Below, one piece after another: positions 60,755 to 64,000 of a stretch of DNA of 64,000 nucleotides (positions are counted from its first letter, which is position 1; every line of letters starts with the position of its first letter). The stretch covers positions 160,001 through 224,000 of the forward strand of contig JBFMAD010000001.1 in assembly GCA_040755855.1 (NCBI GenBank), in the 5' to 3' direction. The notes under the pieces were generated by a model, which saw only the letters and a program-made list of their open reading frames with translations, made no database searches and was not told the DNA's origin. The translations under genes were made by a program, and so were the position numbers. The stretch comes from Planctomycetota bacterium (GTDB taxonomy: Bacteria; Planctomycetota; Brocadiia; JAADGH01).

Positions 60755-62620
60755 ATGATGCCGGAGGATACCTCGCTCGAGAGGAAACTGGGGCTGTGGG
60801 ATGTGTTCTCGATCTCCGCCGGGGCGATGATCAGCTCCGGGCTGTTCGTGCTGCCGGGCCTCGCCTTTGAGAAGGTTGGGCCGGCAATGATCGTGGCCTA
60901 CGGCCTGGCAGGAGTCCTGAACATCCCCACCATGTTCTCCCAAGCCGAGCTGGTGACGGCCATGCCCAAGTCCGCTGGCAGTTACTTCGTGGTGGAACGG
61001 AGCCTCGGCGCATTCATGGGCACGGTGGCGGGGCTGATCAACTGGTGCGCCATCGGCCTGAAGGCGGCGTTTGCGCTCGTGGGCATCGGCACGCTCGGGG
61101 CCTACTTCTTCCCATCGTTTGGCGAGTGGGCCGTCAAGGGGACGGCGGTCCTGTTCTGTGTGTTCTTCATGGTCCTGAATCTGACGACGGTGAAGGGGAC
61201 GGGGCGGCTCCAGGGCTGGCTGGTTGCCGGGCTTCTTGCGATCCTGATTCTATACGTCGGGGTCGGCCTCATGAACAGCGAGGCCATCCGGTACGCCCCA
61301 TTCTTTACGTCCGACTTCAAGACGTTCTTTGCCGTGACGGGCATGGTCTTCATCTCCTATGGGGGGCTGACGAAGGTGGTGGATGTGGCGGAGGAGGTCC
61401 GGCAGCCGGCGCGAAACCTGCCGGTGGGCATGTTCCTGGCCTATGGCGTGGTCAACGTCCTCTACGTCGCCGTGGCCTTTGTCACGGTCGGGGTGCTGGA
61501 CCGGATGGCCCTGTCGGGAAGTCTACGGCCGATCACTGAGGGCGCAGGCGCGATCATGGGCGGGGCGGGGTTGGTCCTCGTGGGTATCGCGGCGTTTCTC
61601 GCCTACGCCACCACGGGCAACGCGGGCATCCTCTCCGCCTCGCGTTCGCCCATGGCCATGAGCCGCGACGGGCTGCTGCCGGAGTTCCTTTCCAGAAAAA
61701 GCCGTCGCTTCGGGACGCCCCATGTCGCGATCCTCATCACGAGCGCATTCATGATTCTGGTTATCGTATTCCTCACGCTGGAGGACCTGGTCAAGACCGC
61801 CTCGGCCATGCTGATCCTCTCGCTGGCGCTGGTGAACGTGGCCGTGATCGTCATGCGGCGCAGCCGGATCGCAGGCTATCGTCCGACCTTTCGGGCGCCG
61901 TTCCACCCCTATCTTCCCATCGCGGCCATTGTGATCTACGGCTTTCTCATCGCGGAGATGGGCATGATTCCGCTGCTGGTCACGGCGGGCTTCATCGCGG
62001 CGGCGAGCGTCTGGTACGTGGTCTATGTGCAACACAAGATTGACCGCGAATCGGCCGTCGCATATCTCGTCAACACGATCCTCTCGAAGCACATCCGCCG
62101 CACGGGGCTGGAGGACGAGCTGGTGCAGATTTCCCTGGAGCGCGACGAGATCGTGGCCGATCGCTTCGACCGTCTGGTGCGCGACGCGCCGATCCTCGAC
62201 ATCAAGGAGAGGATTTCCGCCCTGGAATTGTTCGGTAAGATCAGCGAGGCCATGGCCGACCGCCTGCATGTGCCTCCCGCGCGCGTCCGCGAGCTTCTGA
62301 TCGAGCGGGAGAAGGAGTCGAATACCGTGATCCATCCCGGGCTGGCCATCCCGCATATTGTGGTGGACGGCGAGAAGATCTTCGAACTCACCATCGTGCG
62401 CTGCCAGGAGGGGGCCATCTTCTCGGAGCTCCATCCGCCGGTGCACACGGCCTTTGTCCTGATCGGCAGTTCGGACGAGCGCAATTTCCACTTGCGGGCG
62501 CTTATGGCCATTGCTCACATCGTGCAGGAGCCGAAGTTTCAGGAGCGCTGGATGCGTGCGAAGAACGTCGAGCAACTGCGCGACATCCTCCTCCTCTCTC
62601 GGCGCAGCCGACACGCCTGA
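60755..62620 (+). CDS. APC amino-acid permease fused to PTS EIIA(Ntr/Fru)-type domain
   Basis: GAMISSGLF, 12 TM, ASRSPMAMSRDG; C-terminal RE..NT..PGLAIPH...HLRAL; TTGCGG-17-TATAAT upstream. Confidence 0.88.
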   Translation: MMPEDTSLERKLGLWDVFSISAGAMISSGLFVLPGLAFEKVGPAMIVAYGLAGVLNIPTMFSQAELVTAMPKSAGSYFVVERSLGAFMGTVAGLINWCAIGLKAAFALVGIGTLGAYFFPSFGEWAVKGTAVLFCVFFMVLNLTTVKGTGRLQGWLVAGLLAILILYVGVGLMNSEAIRYAPFFTSDFKTFFAVTGMVFISYGGLTKVVDVAEEVRQPARNLPVGMFLAYGVVNVLYVAVAFVTVGVLDRMALSGSLRPITEGAGAIMGGAGLVLVGIAAFLAYATTGNAGILSASRSPMAMSRDGLLPEFLSRKSRRFGTPHVAILITSAFMILVIVFLTLEDLVKTASAMLILSLALVNVAVIVMRRSRIAGYRPTFRAPFHPYLPIAAIVIYGFLIAEMGMIPLLVTAGFIAAASVWYVVYVQHKIDRESAVAYLVNTILSKHIRRTGLEDELVQISLERDEIVADRFDRLVRDAPILDIKERISALELFGKISEAMADRLHVPPARVRELLIEREKESNTVIHPGLAIPHIVVDGEKIFELTIVRCQEGAIFSELHPPVHTAFVLIGSSDERNFHLRALMAIAHIVQEPKFQERWMRAKNVEQLRDILLLSRRSRHA

Positions 62621-62637
62621 GCCGCCGGCCTGTTCTG

Positions 62638-63324
62638 CTAATCCCGCCCCAGGACCTTCATCGCCACATCCGGCCGGTCGCTGCAGATGAGGTCCACGCC
62701 GAAGCTCAAGGCGCGGCGGATTTCCTCCTCGGTATTAGGCGGCCAGGCGATCACAAGCAGGCCGACCTTGTGCGCGGCGTCCACGTACTCCTGCGTGATG
62801 TGGCGGATGTTCACGCTCACACGACCGGCCTTCGCCGAGAGGGCGCGCTCAATCGCATCGGGCGGGGGATTGCCGTAGATGTGCTCAACCGTCACATCCG
62901 GGCAGAGGGACTTCACCTCCTGCAAGCGCTCCGTCACGCCCGATGTGATGACCACGTCCGAGATCATGCCCATCTCGCGCACCGTGTCCACGACCGGCTT
63001 CGGTGTCCCATCGCCCTTCAGCTCGATGTGAATCTTCGCCTTGCCCTTGATGAGCGCCAGTACCTCGCGGAGCGTCGGGACCTGTTCCCCGTTTCCGGCA
63101 TCGAGCTTGCGAACCTCGTCAAAGGTCATCTCCTCTACGGGGCCGGAGCCGTTCGTCGTGCGATTCACCGTCTTGTCGTGCATGACGATGAGGCGCTTGT
63201 CCTTTGTCAGATAAACGTCCGTCTCGACATAATCCACCCCGATTTCCAGTGCGCGGCGGTACGACCGCAGCGTGTTCTCCGGCTCCAGGCCGGCCGCCCC
63301 GCGATGTCCGATGACTTGAATCAT
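62638..63324 (-). CDS. glycerophosphodiester phosphodiesterase
   Basis: IGHRGA, PENT, ETDV, MHD, IELK, ICSDRP. Confidence 0.93.
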   Translation of the reverse strand: MIQVIGHRGAAGLEPENTLRSYRRALEIGVDYVETDVYLTKDKRLIVMHDKTVNRTTNGSGPVEEMTFDEVRKLDAGNGEQVPTLREVLALIKGKAKIHIELKGDGTPKPVVDTVREMGMISDVVITSGVTERLQEVKSLCPDVTVEHIYGNPPPDAIERALSAKAGRVSVNIRHITQEYVDAAHKVGLLVIAWPPNTEEEIRRALSFGVDLICSDRPDVAMKVLGRD

Positions 63325-64000
63325 TCTTCTTTCCTTTCCTCGGTTGACTGATGTTCATGTGTACGAACAAAACATCTCCGGTTTGCCAGGAACCCCAACA
63401 GGGTAGCCAGCAGCCCGATAATGCCGACGGGGATGAACTTCGCCACGCCGTCGGGCCAGTAGAGGGCGCACCAGTCCACCGCCTTGCCCACGATGGGGGC
63501 GGTAATCATCGTGGCCACGGTCTGCGACTGGGAGTCTATGGAAAGCACCGTGGCCGTCGCCTCCGCCTCGGCATGGATGTTGAACCGGCTGATCTGTGCG
63601 GGCCGCCAGAAGTTCTGAAGCATGTAAAGGACGATATACACCCCCATCGCCACAACCATGAAATTGCCCCAGAAGACGGGGATGAGGACGGCATAGGCAA
63701 CGATGCTCGCCAGCCATATCCACCGTGCGGCGCGGTCCTCGCCTCGCGCCTTGTCCACCACCACATGGGAATAGCGCGACGCCGCGCCCGACAGGATGTG
63801 AAGGACGAAGAACACAATGCCGACGAGCACCGCCGTGCGCTTCTCGTTGGGCAGGGCCAGGAGCATCGGCAGGGCCAATGCGGTCTGCTTCAGGATGGGC
63901 TGCAGGTAGTCCTTGAGCGCCTTGAACGCCCCTTCGCTGCACATCGTCTCGACCACCAGCCCGCGCAGAGCTGGCTTTCGTATTACCTGCTTGATCGACC
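63321..64000 (-). CDS. MFS transporter (partial, continues beyond window)
   Basis: Frame open to window end; KDYLQPIL, LQNFWRP, ATVLSIDSQ; several TM helices. Confidence 0.75.
   Translation of the reverse strand, partial: SIKQVIRKPALRGLVVETMCSEGAFKALKDYLQPILKQTALALPMLLALPNEKRTAVLVGIVFFVLHILSGAASRYSHVVVDKARGEDRAARWIWLASIVAYAVLIPVFWGNFMVVAMGVYIVLYMLQNFWRPAQISRFNIHAEAEATATVLSIDSQSQTVATMITAPIVGKAVDWCALYWPDGVAKFIPVGIIGLLATLLGFLANRRCFVRTHEHQSTEERKEE

Overview
GC-rich bacterial chromosomal segment, most consistent with an uncultured Planctomycetota/PVC-type organism (inferred from gene families; not proven). It contains about 42 genes. Housekeeping: a stand-alone rpmH missed by the ORF track, topA and fcl. 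Envelope and signalling: a DUF6057 + TolB-like/CxxCH pair, a ~1160-aa membrane-anchored coiled-coil protein, and a sigma54 response regulator + REC-REC-PAS kinase transcribed divergently from a three-gene type IV minor-pilin cluster. That cluster includes a ~1830-aa giant pilin with an inserted 7-bladed FG-GAP propeller. Carbohydrate catabolism: DUF4091/GH123-like, GH4, a sulfatase, a lambda-carrageenase/GH150-like protein, DUF5060 GH-A, GH51 and Gfo/Idh/MocA enzymes, plus a non-pyrrolysine MttB-family methyltransferase. Toxin-antitoxin: a FitAB/VapBC module with a clear operator, and a broken DUF4258/DUF2283 module fused to what looks like a DGR-target 3' remnant. Intergenic DNA holds several structured elements: a 30-bp palindrome present twice beside promoters, nested heptamer/octamer inverted repeats, a ~100-nt hairpin and phased TTAA repeats. 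I saw no rRNA, tRNA, CRISPR array or intact transposase. All family calls come from motif recognition by eye, not database searches.
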